DNA of 64,000 nucleotides, taken from Azolla caroliniana (Eukaryota > Plantae > Polypodiophyta). Below, in pieces: positions 36,312-49,559 of this stretch. The notes under the pieces are model-generated. The model did not search any database. It saw only the letters and a program-made list of their open reading frames with translations, and was not told where the DNA came from. A program made the position numbers and the translations under genes. The stretch is from positions 10,540,001 through 10,604,000 of the forward strand of contig JBHGNT010000003.1 in NCBI GenBank assembly GCA_043228905.1. Reading direction: 5' to 3'. Position 1 is the stretch's first letter. The number at the start of each line of letters is the position of its first letter.

Positions 36312-39300
36312 TATTAGAGACATGAACTAATGTAAGCACTAGATAAGGATAGAATATAGATAGATAGATAGAAAGGAGAGAGAGAAAGAAGGGTGTCGAT
36401 CCACCCGACCACCCCCAAACGAAGGGATCGAGACGAACTCAAGCCTCGATCGGTGTCCCATACCACCGTCGTGGCGTCGAGTCGTACCTGGTGCTGGCGC
36501 GCTTGCTACAAGAATTGACCCACCACAAGACAGAGTCTCGACGTAGTCAACAAGATGATCAAATGAGGGTAGCTAGGCCTCTTATTTATAGCGATACCCA
36601 AGGCCCCAAGGCAAGTTCACACTTGGCCTAATGGGTTGTCTCAATCCCAAGGATTAAAAGTAATCCTCCCCTTCTTTACACTCTCGATTAACCCTCACAC
36701 TTATCCACATGTATAGAGTACTACGGTAAATTCTCACCATTGGATATTATATGGTCATGCCCCCTCTTTAAAACATTGCACTCTTGCAATGGAAAGTTAG
36801 GGAAGTTAGTTCTGAGAGTATTTTCGTGTTCCCATGTGGCATCTTTTATTGATTTATCCATCCATTTTATTTTAAATTCTCGAATTTCTTTAGTACGTAA
36901 TGTTTTTGTTTTAACATTGAGAATTCTTTCTGGTACATGTGCTTTAGAAGATAATTCTTTAGAAGTAACCAAAGTTTCAGTTGTAACTGTATTGCCGCCA
37001 GAACCTAGAAGTTCTTTTAGACGACTCACATGAAAAACTAGATGAATTTCAACACCTTCGGGAAGAGCGAGACGATTGGCTGATGACCCAATGCATTTGA
37101 GGATTGTAAAAGGTCCACAAAACCGTGGGGCTAACTCCAAAACTGGTAGATAACATTCCCATTTTGTTGGTTTTGCACCAACGTATGCTCAAAGCATGTC
37201 GTCAATAATTTGATTTACTCGTTCTGTTTGTCCATCGGATTGAGGATGATCCGTGGAGCTCATGCTCAACGTAGTTTCTAACTTCTTAAAGACTTGCCTC
37301 TAGAAGTCACTAGTAAACTTTGCATCTCGATCACTCACAATATCCATCGGTAACCCATAAAAACAAAATAACTCGTTAACGAATTAGTAAGCCAATTCAG
37401 GAGTTGTTACCGTGGGTTTAGTAGCAATAAATCTGGCCATTTTAGTTAGTCTACCAACCACAACCCAGATGGCATCATGACCTTTTTGGGTGCGAGGAAG
37501 GCTAACAATAAAATCCATGGATATACTTTCCCCCTTATTATTGGGAATGTCCAAGGGATGTAAAAGTCCTGCGGCTTTAAGTCGCTCGGCTTTGTTAACC
37601 TGACATTGGTGACATTTAGTCACATAGCTATGTATGTCAGGACGCATCTTAGGCCAATAAAATTGAGTGGAGATGAGAACGAGTGTACGATGTATTCCAG
37701 GGTGCCCTGTTGAGGGTGCATCATGGCATTCAAAAAGAATTCTCTTTTTGACCTCGGGCAAATCTGGAACACAAACCTTCCCATTACGGTAGACCAGACC
37801 GTTAGCAATGTGGAAGTATTCCTTCGAGGATGTGGTGGTGTCTATTCCAGACTCAACTCTTGCCCAGTATTTTGCAAAATAACTGTCATCAGGATACTTT
37901 CCTCGAAGGTGATCATAAAGACGTGATGATATTTCAGTGAAGCTAAGTTGGTTAACTTCACGGATGCGACTTAGTGCATCAGCGACAATGTTCATGGAAC
38001 CTTTACGATATCATATGGAAAAATCAAAGTCCTGGATGAGATCAACCCATCGTGCCTTACGACCTTTCAGGTCTTGTTGGTCACAAAAATATTTCAAGGA
38101 CTCGTGGTCCGTAGTTACCACAAAGCGATTTCCATAAAGATAATGGTGCCATGTTTTGAGCGCATGTATAACTACAAATAATTCATTTTCTTGAACGGTA
38201 TACCGACATTGAGCAAAATCAAGTTTCTTACTCTTGAATGCTATTTATTGGTTTACCATCTTGATATAAGACAACACCTATAGCATAATCGCTTGCATCG
38301 GTTTCAAGCTCAAAAGGTTTTGAAGGATCAGGTAAAAGAAGTGAAGGAGCCTTGCACACCAAGTCCTTGAGTTCCTTAAAAGCGAGGTCTAGTGTAGCAT
38401 TCCAGACAATAGGTTTTGTAGACTTAAGCGTTTGACCTTTTAGAAGATTAGTAAACAGCATCGTCAATTAGGAGTAATTACGAAGGGATTTTCGCAAAAA
38501 CCCGACAAAACCAAGGAATGATAGAACTTCTCGAATATTCCGAAGAGTAGGCCAAAGCTTGATTTTCTCGATGCGGTTATGAGATGTCCAAGATAAGTAA
38601 TTGATTTCTTGAAGAACTCACATTTTGAGATCTTCGCATGGAACTGTTTGTCACGCAATGTTTGTAAAACAAAGTGGACATGTTTAGCCTGTTCTTGTAA
38701 TGTACGGCTATAAACTAAAATATCATCCAAGAAAATAACGACAAATTTTCCAAGTTGTTCTCGGAAAATGTCATTCATTTCTTGTTGAAATGTAGCCGAA
38801 CCATTGGTCAAACCAAAAGGCATATAACCAAAAACTCATAATGCCCATAGCGCATACGAAATGTCGTTTTAGGAACATCGTCCTCACTTATACGAAATTG
38901 ATGGTAGCCAATATGGAGATCAAGTTTCATAAAATACCAAGCTCCCTAGAGACTGTCAATTAGATCGTCGGCCTGGGGCAATAGATACGAATTCTTGATC
39001 GTCACTTTATTTAAGCGTCGGTAATTAATACACATATGCCATGTGCCCTCTTTCTTTTTAACCAAGAGAACTGGTGCACCCCATGGATATTTACTATAAC
39101 GTATATAACCCATTCGTAAATAGTCTTTGAGTTGCTTAGATACCTCATCCTCTTCGAATCGATTTAAGCAATAAGGAGGTATACTTACTGGTGCAATGCC
39201 AGGTACAATATCCATACGATGGTCTATATTACATTTAGGGGGTAACCCATCTCGTAGTTCACTCGGAAAAACATCACGAAAATCATTTAAGATTTCATCA

Positions 39301-40970
39301 AGTTGTTGTTGTTCAAAATATGTTAATTGAACCGAGACAATATCGATATTGTAAACGTGAATGTCTGGTTCAAGTACACAATAAAATAGAGTAGAACAAG
39401 ACAACTTGGATATTGATGGAGAGGAAACAATCGAGAGGGATTGTTTTTTTACACATTGAATAAAATGAGTACAGTCATCCAGTACAAATGTAATTGAATG
39501 ATGAACCCAATCAATAGATAAAGAAGAGTTTTTATTATAGAACCAGGGATAAGCCAGTATTACATCAGTGGTACAAAGATTCATTACATGGAAGTCTACT
39601 TCCTCTATATAAGTGTCAATAGAAATTCCTAATGAATGAATCGCCCCGTTGATGTATTGTACTCTTCCATCAACCAAGTGCATTGTATAGGTGTGATCAC
39701 TTACGGTGGGTTGGATTCCCCATATCTGAACCAAACGATCATTCACAAAGTTGTGTGAGCTTCCCGAATCAAACAAAAAATGTACAAGAGATCAATTGAT
39801 ATACCCATTTGCACGTAGTAAATCATTGGGACCCAATACATAGTGAGGGAAAGAACATTGACAATTACTTAAATGATGTGTATAGACCTGAAGGACATTA
39901 GGAATCTAACCTTTATGGTCTACAACTTTAGCGTTGCTGTCGTGCTCTTTCCGTTGGAGCTTTCGACATTGCTCTTTTGTATGACCCTTCTTTTTGCAAA
40001 ATACGCAAAAAGGATGTTGTCGCTTACAATCGTGATCCATGAATTCGTTGGGTGTCTTGCGTTTCCCAGCAAATTGCGACTACTTAGTCCCGGGCGCTTT
40101 GTTGGGTTTGTTGTGGTCCTTCTTCGAAGTGCGTTGATAGCGAAGAACTATTTCAACGGCCTCTTCGAAGGATTTTGGATCCTTATCGTGCACTATCCAG
40201 TGATAGTCCAAATTGGGGATGCCATTGACAAAACAAGCTATTAACCAATTGTCCCCTTCTAGACCCGACTTTTGGATTTGGGTTCTAGCATGGTGAACAT
40301 AGTCTTCTAGCTAGGAAAACTTCCTGCTAGAGAGGTTCATTAAAGCTTGTGCTGCCTCGGTTCGAGAGGGAGGTTGCAAAAATTGGCCCTTGAAAACTGT
40401 GACAAAATTTGTCCAGGTATCGGGCTATTTCCCCAAAGTACGGAGCCCACGCCACCAAGCGGCGGGCTTACCCCCTAGTTCTTTTCCGACATATGCAATC
40501 TTCGTACTATCTGGCATGGGATAGAGCTCAAAATGAGATGCCCATCGGCCCAGCCACGTGCAGATTGCTTCTTTGGTTCTTTCCTTTTTTTCTCCCGTAA
40601 ATGGCTTAACGACAAACGATCGTTCACCTTGTCGCTCATCAGGTCTATTAGTCTCACGTTGTAAACTAATGACACGTGCCTCGAGAGCACTTTGAGATTG
40701 CCGAAGTTCGGTCATCTGTTGAGTGGTGAAACTAAGGTATTGGGACATCTCAATGGACATTTGTTCAAGAGGATTTCAATGTCCAAGAGGATTTCCTTGA
40801 GTTCCTTCCACTTGAGCGGATGACATTGGGTTGTTATTTTGAGCCATTGATTGGTTATTTCTGGCAAAGAAATAGGATAACGTCAAACAAATAGTCATAA
40901 CATCATGTCATGATGTAAACATATCATGGGCAAAAATTAATCGATATCATGATCTCACATCAATACTCTA
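36312..40970 (-). mobile_element. Decayed Gypsy family A element (gag, protease [11 protein letters not shown], RNase H, integrase, chromodomain, 3' LTR 36312-36760); 5' LTR absent
   Basis: Colinear with 43930-47689; stops, frameshifts and deletions including loss of the PPT/LTR start near 36760 and part of integrase near 37135. Confidence 0.92.
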
Positions 40971-41906
40971 CAGTGCGCTTCGTGGAGGACTGCTCCCTTT
41001 TCATCGCTTCGGCCCGCTCATCTCCACACTCCGTCTGCTCCCTTTTGGTACAGGGTGTCTTGTAACAAGCAAAAATGCCTACTTTGTACCGCTAGATGTT
41101 TCCTCTCATCCCAGCATAGCTCCTCCGGTGGTAGTCCGGTACTCAGGAACCGGTGCATGTCCGTCATCCACTTATCCTTGATAGTTATCGATTCGTCCAT
41201 TATTGCCTACACGGTAATTTTAAATAACTATGCATCCATAAACTTGTCTTGGACGCCATCACCGGACTCCCTTGATTCCAACCTGCTCAAGTAATCGATC
41301 ACAGCATGTTGCACTCCGGGTCGATGGTAGATATCAAATTCAAACTCCTGCAACAACAGGGTCCATCTGGCTAACTTTCCAATAAGGGATGCTTTCGACA
41401 CCAAATACACCAATGTTGAGTGGTCAACATGGAAGGAAAACTTCCGGCCCAATAGGTAGTGTCGGTATTTTGTCACACTGTATACCATTCCTAAAGCGTC
41501 CTGTTCCGTCGACGAATAATTTCGTTCTGTCTTGGAGAGCTTCTGACTTGCATAGTATACCAGTCAGTATCATTTCGACTCCGTAAGTTGCATCAACACG
41601 TTGTTGATGGCCACGTCCGACACGTCCACAAATACATGAAAATCTTTTGACCAGTCGGGTGGTTGTATCACCGAAACTTGGGATAACATTACCTTGAGCA
41701 CCTGATAAGCTTTGTCCTCCTGCTCCGTCCATTGAAACGATAGTTTGTGTACCGCAACATGCAATAGTGTTTGCGAAATCCGCCAAATATTTGAGCATCC
41801 GGCTATGCCACCAGATCTGTCCGAGAAATTTACTTAGTGCTTTTGCATTAGTTGGTGTCGGGGCTTGTAGGATTTCCTTGACTTTTTCCGGATCAACCGC
41901 AATTCC
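40971..41906 (-). pseudogene. Fragment of a different Gypsy element (RT end and RNase H)
   Basis: FHVFVDVSDVAI, KYRHYLLGRKFSFHVDH, ARWTLLLQEFEFDIYHRPG..DYLSR. Confidence 0.85.
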
Positions 41907-42790
41907 TATTGGGAAAATAAGTCCTCCAGATGGGAAGAAGAGTACGAGCCGAGGCCGAAATCAAAAATCGATTATATAACCGATTTGGGAGACTATATTT
42001 GTAAATAGTCTAAATGTGACCCATGTGGGCTATATTTGTAAATAGCCAGAAAGTTGTATAAGTATAAATACAACTAGGGCAAACTTTATATGTAGATGGA
42101 TCATCATTGTTGTATAGTTACACTTCGGTAGTTGCCTTTGTAACTAAGAGTCAGAGTCAGAGTCAGAGAGTGAGTAACTCTACAATCATCATTTGACGAA
42201 GACGACCTCAGGGTTGCTGCCTACAAGTCTCCTTGCATTCCTCCCTCATTATAGTGATTTGGTTTGGACTTTGTGGACTCCACGTGGTTTTTCCCATTCG
42301 GGTTTTCCATGTTAAATCTTGTCTCTCTATACTTGTGTTTTTTTGCCCTCTAGTTTTTCTCTTTGAGCACTATCTTTCTTGATCTTTGCACTCGAATACA
42401 TATACGAGCAACCGGTTGTGGCCGATTTCGATCCTAACAAAGTGGTATCCGAGCGATGGACGAACATTTCGGTGGAATGTTCAAGTTAACCGGCTCCAAC
42501 TACTCAGTGTGGAAGTCGAAGATGCGGGATATGCTCGTGTGGAAAGACTTGTGGTTGCCGGTGTAGTACGGAAAGATGAAGCCAGACAAGATCGATGCAT
42601 CGACTTGGAAGCCATGCATCTGAAGTTGGATGCATATATAAGGTGTTTTATAGACATGAGTCTATACAAGAACTTTGATAAAGAGACGAGTGATGACGTC
42701 CTTTGGAAGAAGATTGACATGATGTTCGAAAACAAGAACGTTGTGAACAGAGTCTCAATTTTCAGAAAAATCATGAGTCTCCGGTATTAG
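41907..42790 (+). mobile_element. Copia family B group 5' LTR (41907-42439), PBS (42443-42454) and truncated gag (from 42456)
   Basis: LTR related to 1902-3126; TGGTATCCGAGC; gag KLTGSNYSVWKSKMRDML..KNVVNRVSIFRK matches 16650-17213. Confidence 0.88.
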
Positions 42791-43320
42791 CAATGGGCAC
42801 GATTTTGACTCAAACCGAACCGAACCGTTAAGCCATGGGTTTAATGGTTTATTGGTTCCAAAAACTTTTAATGGTTTGGATTCTCAATAAACAGTTCAGT
42901 TTCAGTTTGGTTCGGTTTTAAAACTCGAGTTTATAGGTTTACAGGTTTGGTTTAAAGGTTTATAGATTTTTGGTTAACCTTTTTTTCTTAACCTTAATAG
43001 TTTATTGATGTAATGGTTTTTTATTGATTTAATAAATTTAACTTAAATGCTTATTTAATTTAATGTATTTTTGTTTCTTTAGATGTTTAACTAGTTTGAC
43101 TTAAGTGGTTAGGTTTAATTTTTTTATTAAATGGTTCGGTTTGGTTTTAACTTTTCCGTAAACGGTTTGGTTAAAAATGGTTTAGTTTTAACTTTTTCTT
43201 AAATGGTTTGGTTTAAATATTGAGAGTTCATAAACGGTTTGGTTTTGTTTTGTTTTCCCTAAACGGTTTGGTTTCTTTGCCTTGAAACCGAACCGAACCA
43301 AAACTGAACCGTGCCCATTG
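42791..43320. mobile_element. MITE with 11-bp TIR CAATGGGCACG and AAACCG subterminal repeats (hAT-like)
   Basis: CAATGGGCACG at 42791-42801, CGTGCCCATTG at 43310-43320; flanks not duplicated. Confidence 0.8.
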
Positions 43321-43809
43321 TTATCCAATATCAAGAAAGCTCCATCTTCAATGTATGCTTCATGGCTAAGTTCATCATAATGTATCCATCTCTTCATGCT
43401 CCAAGTGCATGTTTTATCCTTGATATATCGTCATTAATCCATCTCATGGTTCAAAACATCGGTGGCTCACCTCACTCATTACCCTTCTTGTCCTATAAGT
43501 TTGTGCTTGAGTACCTTAGGTCTTGGGGTCTTGGTGTCTATGACCCAATTGGAGTATGGGAAATGGCCTTGTGGAGCATCAACAAGTGTATAGGGTGAAA
43601 GGAGAATTGGCTTGGCAAATTTCTCAATTGATCTCTATAGACACCTTGTCCTTTGAGGATGTATAAATTACCTTTCCTTTTGCTTTATGTCAGCCAATCT
43701 CACATCATCTTAGAGGGTTTACCTTGCCCAAAATATTCTCAGCATTGTAGTAGGGACAACAAGGGATTTCCTTATTGTCGCGTAATTTTTTAATATGTAC
43801 AATACTTTT

Positions 43810-43846
<37 letters not shown>

Positions 43847-43859
43847 ATATCATCCCTGT

Positions 43860-46800
43860 TGTTACGGGCATGACCATATAATATCCCGTGGTAAGAATTT
43901 ACCGTAGTATTCTAACCCACCGTAAGTGGTCAGATATGGGGAATCCAACCCACCGTAAGTGATCACACCTACACGGTGCACTTGGCTGATGGAAGAGTAC
44001 AATACATCAACGGGGCGATTCATTCATTAGGAATTTCTATTGATACTTATATAGAGGAAGTAGACTTCCATGTAATGAATCTTTGTACCACCGATGTAAT
44101 ACTGGGTTATCCCTGGTTTTATAATAAAAACTCTTCTTTATTTATTGATTGGGTTCGTCATTCCATTTCTTTTGTACTGAACGATTGTACGCATTTTATT
44201 CAATGTGTAAAAAAACAATCCCTCTCGATTGTTTCCTCGTGTCCATCAATATCCGAGTTGTCTTGTTCTACGTTATTTTATTGTGTACTTGATCCGGACA
44301 TTCACGTTTACAATATCGATAATGTCCCGATTCAATTAACATATTTTGAACAACAACAACTTGATGAAATCTTAAATGATTTTCATGATGTTTTTCCAAG
44401 TGAACTACCTGATGGGTTACCTCCTAAACGTAATATAGACCATCGTATAGATATTGTACCTGGTGTTGCACCAATAAGTATACCTCCGTATCGCTTAAGT
44501 CGATCCGAAGAAGATGAGGTATCTAAGCAACTCAAGGACTATTTACGAATGGGTTATATACGTTATAGTAAATCTCCATGGGGTGCACCAGTTCTCTTGG
44601 TTAAAAAGAAAGAGGGCACATGGCGTATGTGTATTAATTACCGACGCTTGAATAAAGTGACGATCAAGAATTCGTATCCATTGCCCCGGGCTGACGATCT
44701 AATTGACCGTCTCCAGGGAGCTCGGTATTTTACGAAACTTGATCTCCGTACTGGCTACCATCAAATACGAATAAGTGAGGACGATGTTCCTAAAACGGCA
44801 TTTCGTACGCGCTATGGCCATTACGAGTTTTTGGTTATGCCTTTTGGTTTGACCAATGCTCCGGCTACTTTTCAACAAGAAATGAATGACCATTTCCGAG
44901 AACAACTTGGAAAATTTGTCGTTATTTTCTTGGATGATATTTTAGTTTATAGCCGTACATTACAAGAACATGCTAGACATGTCCGCTTTGTTTTACAAAC
45001 ATTGCGTGACAAACAGTTTTATGCGAAGATCTCAAAATGTGAGTTCTTCAAGAAATCAATTACTTATCTAGGACATCTCATAACCGAACGAGGAGTTGAA
45101 ATTGATCCTTCTCGCATTGAGAAAATCAAGCTTTGGCCCACTCTTCGGAATATTCGAGAAGTTCGATCATTCCTTGGTTTTGTGGGGTTTTTGCGAAAGT
45201 CTCTTCGTAATTACTCCCAATTGACGATGTCGTTTACTGATCTTTTAAAAGGTCAAACGCGTAAGTCTACAAAACCTATTGTGTGGAATGCTACACTAGA
45301 CCTTGCATTTAAGGAACTCAAGGACCTAGTTTGCAAGGCTCCTTCACTTCTTTTACCTGATCCTTCAAAACCTTTTGAGGTTGAAACCGATGCAAGCGAT
45401 TATGCTATTGGTGCTATCTTGTATCAAGATGGTAAACCAATAGCATTCGAGAGTAAGAAACTTGATTCTGCTCAATGTCGGTATACCGTTCAAGAAAAGG
45501 AATTATTTGCAGTTATACATGCGCTCAAAACATGGCGCCATTATCTTTATGGAAATCACTTTGTGGTAACTACGGACCACGAGTCCTTGAAATATTTTTG
45601 TGACCAACAAGACCTGAAAGGTCGTAAGGCACGATGGGCTGATCTCATCCAGGACTTTGATTTTTCCATACGATATCGTAAAGGTTCCATGAACATTGTC
45701 GCTGATGCACTAAGTCGCATCCGTGAAGTTAACACGCTTAGCTTCACTGAAATATCATCAGATCTTTATGATCACCTTCGAGGAAAGTATCCTGATGACA
45801 GTTATTTCGCAAAATACTGGGCTAGAGTTGAGTCTGGAACAGACACCACCACATCCTTGAAGGAATACTTCCACATTGCTAACGGTTTGCTCTACCGTAA
45901 TGGGAAGGTTTGTGTTCCACATTTACCCGAGGTCAAAAAGAGGATTCTTTTTGAATGCCATGATGCACCCTCAGTAGGGCACCCTGGAATACATCGTACA
46001 CTCGTTCTCATCTCCACTCAATTTTATTGGCCTAAGATGCGTCCTGACATACATAGCTATGTGACTAAATGTCACCAGTGTCAGGTTAACAAAGCTGAGC
46101 GACTTAAAGCCGCAGGACTTTTACATCCCTTGGACATTCCCAATAATAAGTGGGAAAGTATATCCATGGATTTTATTGTTAGCCTTCCTCGCACCCAAAA
46201 AGGTCATGATGCCATCTGGGTTGTCGTTGATCGACTAACTAAAATGGCCAGATTTATTGCTACTAAAACCACGGTAACAGCTCCTGAATTGGCTTACCAA
46301 TTTGTTGACGAATTGTTTCGTTTTTATGGGTTACCGATGGATATCGTGAGTGATCGAGATCCAAAGTTTACTAGTGACTTCTGGACACAAGTCTTTAAGA
46401 AGTTAGAAACTACGTTGAGCATGAGCTCCACGGATCATCCTCAATCCGATGGACAGACAGAACGAGTAAATCAAATTATTGAGGACATGCTTCGAGCATA
46501 CGTTGGTGCAAAACCAACAAAATGGGAACGTTATCTCCCAATTTTGGAGTTTGCTTATAACAGCTCCAAGCATACGTCGACGGGATATAGTCCTTTTATG
46601 TTGATGTATGGTTTTCAGCCACGAGCCCCGATTGATGTTAATATACATCATGATGAGTTGCGAAGTACGCAAAACTTTCTTCGGGATATGCAAGATATGT
46701 TGCATATTGCACGAGATAATATAAAAACAGCTCAAGATAGAGCGCGTTTTTATGCCGATCATCATAGGCAACCTCGTGTATTCACCCCTGGACAGAAGGT

Positions 46801-47689
46801 ATTTTTACGTGTACCTCACAATTCTAAGACATTGTCTACGGGTAACTGCGCTAAGTTAGCCCCACGGTTTTGTGGACCTTTTACAGTCCTCAAACGCATT
46901 GGGTCATCAGCCTATCGTCTCGCTCTTCCCGATGGTGTCGGAATTCATCCAGTCTTTCATGTGAGTCGTCTAAAAGAACTTCTAGGTTCTGGCGACAATA
47001 CAGTTACGACTGAAACTCTGGTTACTTCTGAAGAATTATCTTCTAAACCACATGTACCAGAAAGAATTCTCGATGTTAAAACAAAAAAATTACGTACTAA
47101 AGAAATCCAAGAATTCAAAATAAAATGGATGGATAAATCAATAAAAGATGCCACATGGGAACGCGAAAATACTCTTAGAACTAACTTCCCTAACTTTCCA
47201 TTGCAAGAGTGCAATGTTTTAAAGAGGGGGAGTATGTTACGGGCATGACCATATAATATCCCGTGGTAAGAATTTACCGTAGTATTCTATACACGTGGAT
47301 AAGTGTGAGGGTTAAATGAGAGTGTAAAGAAGGGGAGGATTACTTTTAATCCTCGGGATTGAGACAACCCATTAGGTCAAGTGTGAACTTGCCTGGGGGC
47401 CTTGGGTATCGCTATAAATAAGAGGCCTAGCTACCCTCATTTGATCATCTTTTGACTACATTGAGACTCTGCTCGTGTGGTGGGTCAACTCTTGTAGCGA
47501 GCGCGCCAGCACCAGGTACGACTCGACGCCACGGCGGTGGTATGGGACGCCGATCGAGGCTCGAGTCCGTCTCGATCCCTTCGCTCGGGGGTGGTCGGGT
47601 GGATCGACACCCTTCTTTCTCTTTCTCCTTTCTATCTATCTTTTCATTATCCTTATCTTAAGCTTACGTTAGTACCAAGATCTATAATA
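43860..47689 (+). mobile_element. Gypsy chromovirus family A element with TSD CCTGT; internal deletion of most of 5' LTR, PBS and gag; 3' LTR 47235-47689
   Basis: CCTGT at 43855-43859 and 47690-47694; first 54 bp identical to start of 3' LTR; PPT 47221-47232. Confidence 0.94.
43976..47248 (+). CDS. Gypsy pol ORF (partial protease, RT, RNase H, integrase, group II-type chromodomain), 1090 aa, no native start
   Basis: [88 protein letters not shown]; uninterrupted frame. Confidence 0.95.
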   Translation: MHLADGRVQYINGAIHSLGISIDTYIEEVDFHVMNLCTTDVILGYPWFYNKNSSLFIDWVRHSISFVLNDCTHFIQCVKKQSLSIVSSCPSISELSCSTLFYCVLDPDIHVYNIDNVPIQLTYFEQQQLDEILNDFHDVFPSELPDGLPPKRNIDHRIDIVPGVAPISIPPYRLSRSEEDEVSKQLKDYLRMGYIRYSKSPWGAPVLLVKKKEGTWRMCINYRRLNKVTIKNSYPLPRADDLIDRLQGARYFTKLDLRTGYHQIRISEDDVPKTAFRTRYGHYEFLVMPFGLTNAPATFQQEMNDHFREQLGKFVVIFLDDILVYSRTLQEHARHVRFVLQTLRDKQFYAKISKCEFFKKSITYLGHLITERGVEIDPSRIEKIKLWPTLRNIREVRSFLGFVGFLRKSLRNYSQLTMSFTDLLKGQTRKSTKPIVWNATLDLAFKELKDLVCKAPSLLLPDPSKPFEVETDASDYAIGAILYQDGKPIAFESKKLDSAQCRYTVQEKELFAVIHALKTWRHYLYGNHFVVTTDHESLKYFCDQQDLKGRKARWADLIQDFDFSIRYRKGSMNIVADALSRIREVNTLSFTEISSDLYDHLRGKYPDDSYFAKYWARVESGTDTTTSLKEYFHIANGLLYRNGKVCVPHLPEVKKRILFECHDAPSVGHPGIHRTLVLISTQFYWPKMRPDIHSYVTKCHQCQVNKAERLKAAGLLHPLDIPNNKWESISMDFIVSLPRTQKGHDAIWVVVDRLTKMARFIATKTTVTAPELAYQFVDELFRFYGLPMDIVSDRDPKFTSDFWTQVFKKLETTLSMSSTDHPQSDGQTERVNQIIEDMLRAYVGAKPTKWERYLPILEFAYNSSKHTSTGYSPFMLMYGFQPRAPIDVNIHHDELRSTQNFLRDMQDMLHIARDNIKTAQDRARFYADHHRQPRVFTPGQKVFLRVPHNSKTLSTGNCAKLAPRFCGPFTVLKRIGSSAYRLALPDGVGIHPVFHVSRLKELLGSGDNTVTTETLVTSEELSSKPHVPERILDVKTKKLRTKEIQEFKIKWMDKSIKDATWERENTLRTNFPNFPLQECNVLKRGSMLRA

Positions 47690-48059
47690 CCTGTGGTCCA
47701 AATATGACAAATGGGCTCATAAGTAAAACATTTTCATGTACTATGTGTGAGGTTGAGTAGTAACTCTTGATGTTCCAGAGTCACGAACTCATTCAAGGAA
47801 AATTACGTATTTTTGATGGCGAGTCTCGTCACATGTGCCCCAACACCATGTGTCACTAGAGAGAGAGAAAGAGAGAGAGAGATTCAATCACACCCCTGCC
47901 TTCTCGAGCACCTGCACCTGTCTGAAGTTATTCTAATGAGAGGGTCTAAAATACATGGCACAATATCGGATGTGTAATACGATGGGTGGGTGGGTTGGGT
48001 TGCCTTTGGTGATGGCTTTAAAACGAAGCCACCTTTCGGATGGCGAAATGTGGTACCCC

Positions 48060-48380
48060 AATTCGCTCTCGAGTCCATTCCCTCTTCCTCCTCCTCCTCC
48101 TCCTCCTTAACACTACTACACCCAACACCAACACCAACACCAACACAAAACAAGAAAAGAAGTTTGTTTATTTTGTACACACTTTTTAAAGATTCAATCA
48201 CACACGTGACACAACACACACACACACTGTACAAACAGAAAAAACAGAGATAAAAAAATAAAACTAAAACGTATTATTATCTTTCTCGCCTCTGTTTGGC
48301 TGCCTTCTTTCCTTGCCTCTGTTATTGAAATCGCCATCTCTCTCCCCCTCCCTCACGAAATCAGCGATCGCATCTTACAG
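48060..48380 (+). promoter_or_regulatory. Probable promoter-proximal non-coding first exon of the NC2beta gene
   Basis: Non-TE CT/CA-rich leader without ATG, ending in splice donor CAG|GTATTT at 48380/48381. Start approximate; linkage to 52553 inferred. Confidence 0.55.
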
Positions 48381-49289
48381 GTATTTCTCTGCACAATATA
48401 TTCATAATTATACTACGTATACATAGATGCCATTCAATTTTCTCTTTCTATTTATAATTTTTGTATTCCCCTTTCTTTAACAAAATTCTCTGGCCATGAA
48501 AATTTGGAGCTTCTTCAACAAGAAGGAACAAATAAAAAGAAACAACCAAAAACCCTAAAATTCTTTCAAACCTGCTAACACTATTCAAATTTTCACTACT
48601 GGATGGTTTTTGTTGTTTGCTGGCTCGCTCGCTCACAGAAAAGGGCAATGATGGTCAAAGAGGTTTTGCAAAGTCTCTGAGAAATATAACTCTTGAAATA
48701 AGATTAAAACTAGAATTCAGGGGAATATTTGGAATTGTGGATATAAATAGAATGAAGAAAGTAATCTTTATTGAGTCTTTTGAAGAAGACTAGTTACCTA
48801 TAATTGACTCCACGCGAGTGTCCATCTAATCATGTAAAGATACAAAGTATTGTGTTTATTGATTTATTAAGCGATGGACGTATTTTATTTTATATTACTG
48901 TAGTTGATTTCTATTTTTTCTGAGTGGGATAAAGATAGATCAAACCATTGTTTGGCAAATATTCGGAGGCTGTGTGTTACCCCCTATATTCAACATGGTC
49001 TATAGGTTAAGAAAAATATGTTTCATGAGTAGATTACAACCCCTATCCAAAGGATATGGATTCAACTCCGAGAGGTGACTAAAACAAAGGTCACGTGTTC
49101 AACCTTGCATTTCACATGGTGCAAGGTCATGTAGTAAATAGGTTGATGTTTTGAGCCCTGATTCACTGTTTTTTTTAAAACAAGGCTTGCCACCACCAAT
49201 ATAACTCAATTTAAGAAAGAAAGAAAAAAGAACAAAAAATGTCTATTGGAGGCAGAAGTCGACCAACGAGTGTGAAGCCATACAATAAT

Positions 49290-49355
49290 TTTTTGGGATT
49301 TGATCTCATGCTTGTGGGCTACTAAGTTACATGTCTTACCATAGCACTAAGGTGT
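49290..49355 (-). mobile_element. Degenerate tRNA-derived (SINE-head-like) fragment
   Basis: TAGTGCTATGGTAAG..AGATCAAATCC with a 54-nt A-to-B span. Confidence 0.4.
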
Positions 49356-49559
49356 AGCATCAATACATGGATATTATTAAATTATAACTCTTACCACTAG
49401 TGTGTATGAGGCCAAATGAGAGATTGCTTAAAACGTTAGTCTCATATTGGAGAACAAACCAAAACAGATATAACGCGAGTAGTAAAAATGCATCAGGTGC
49501 CAGATGTTCCTGTCAGTCAAGCATGTTACACTGAGAGCTTAGATGCTGAGTATTCTTCC

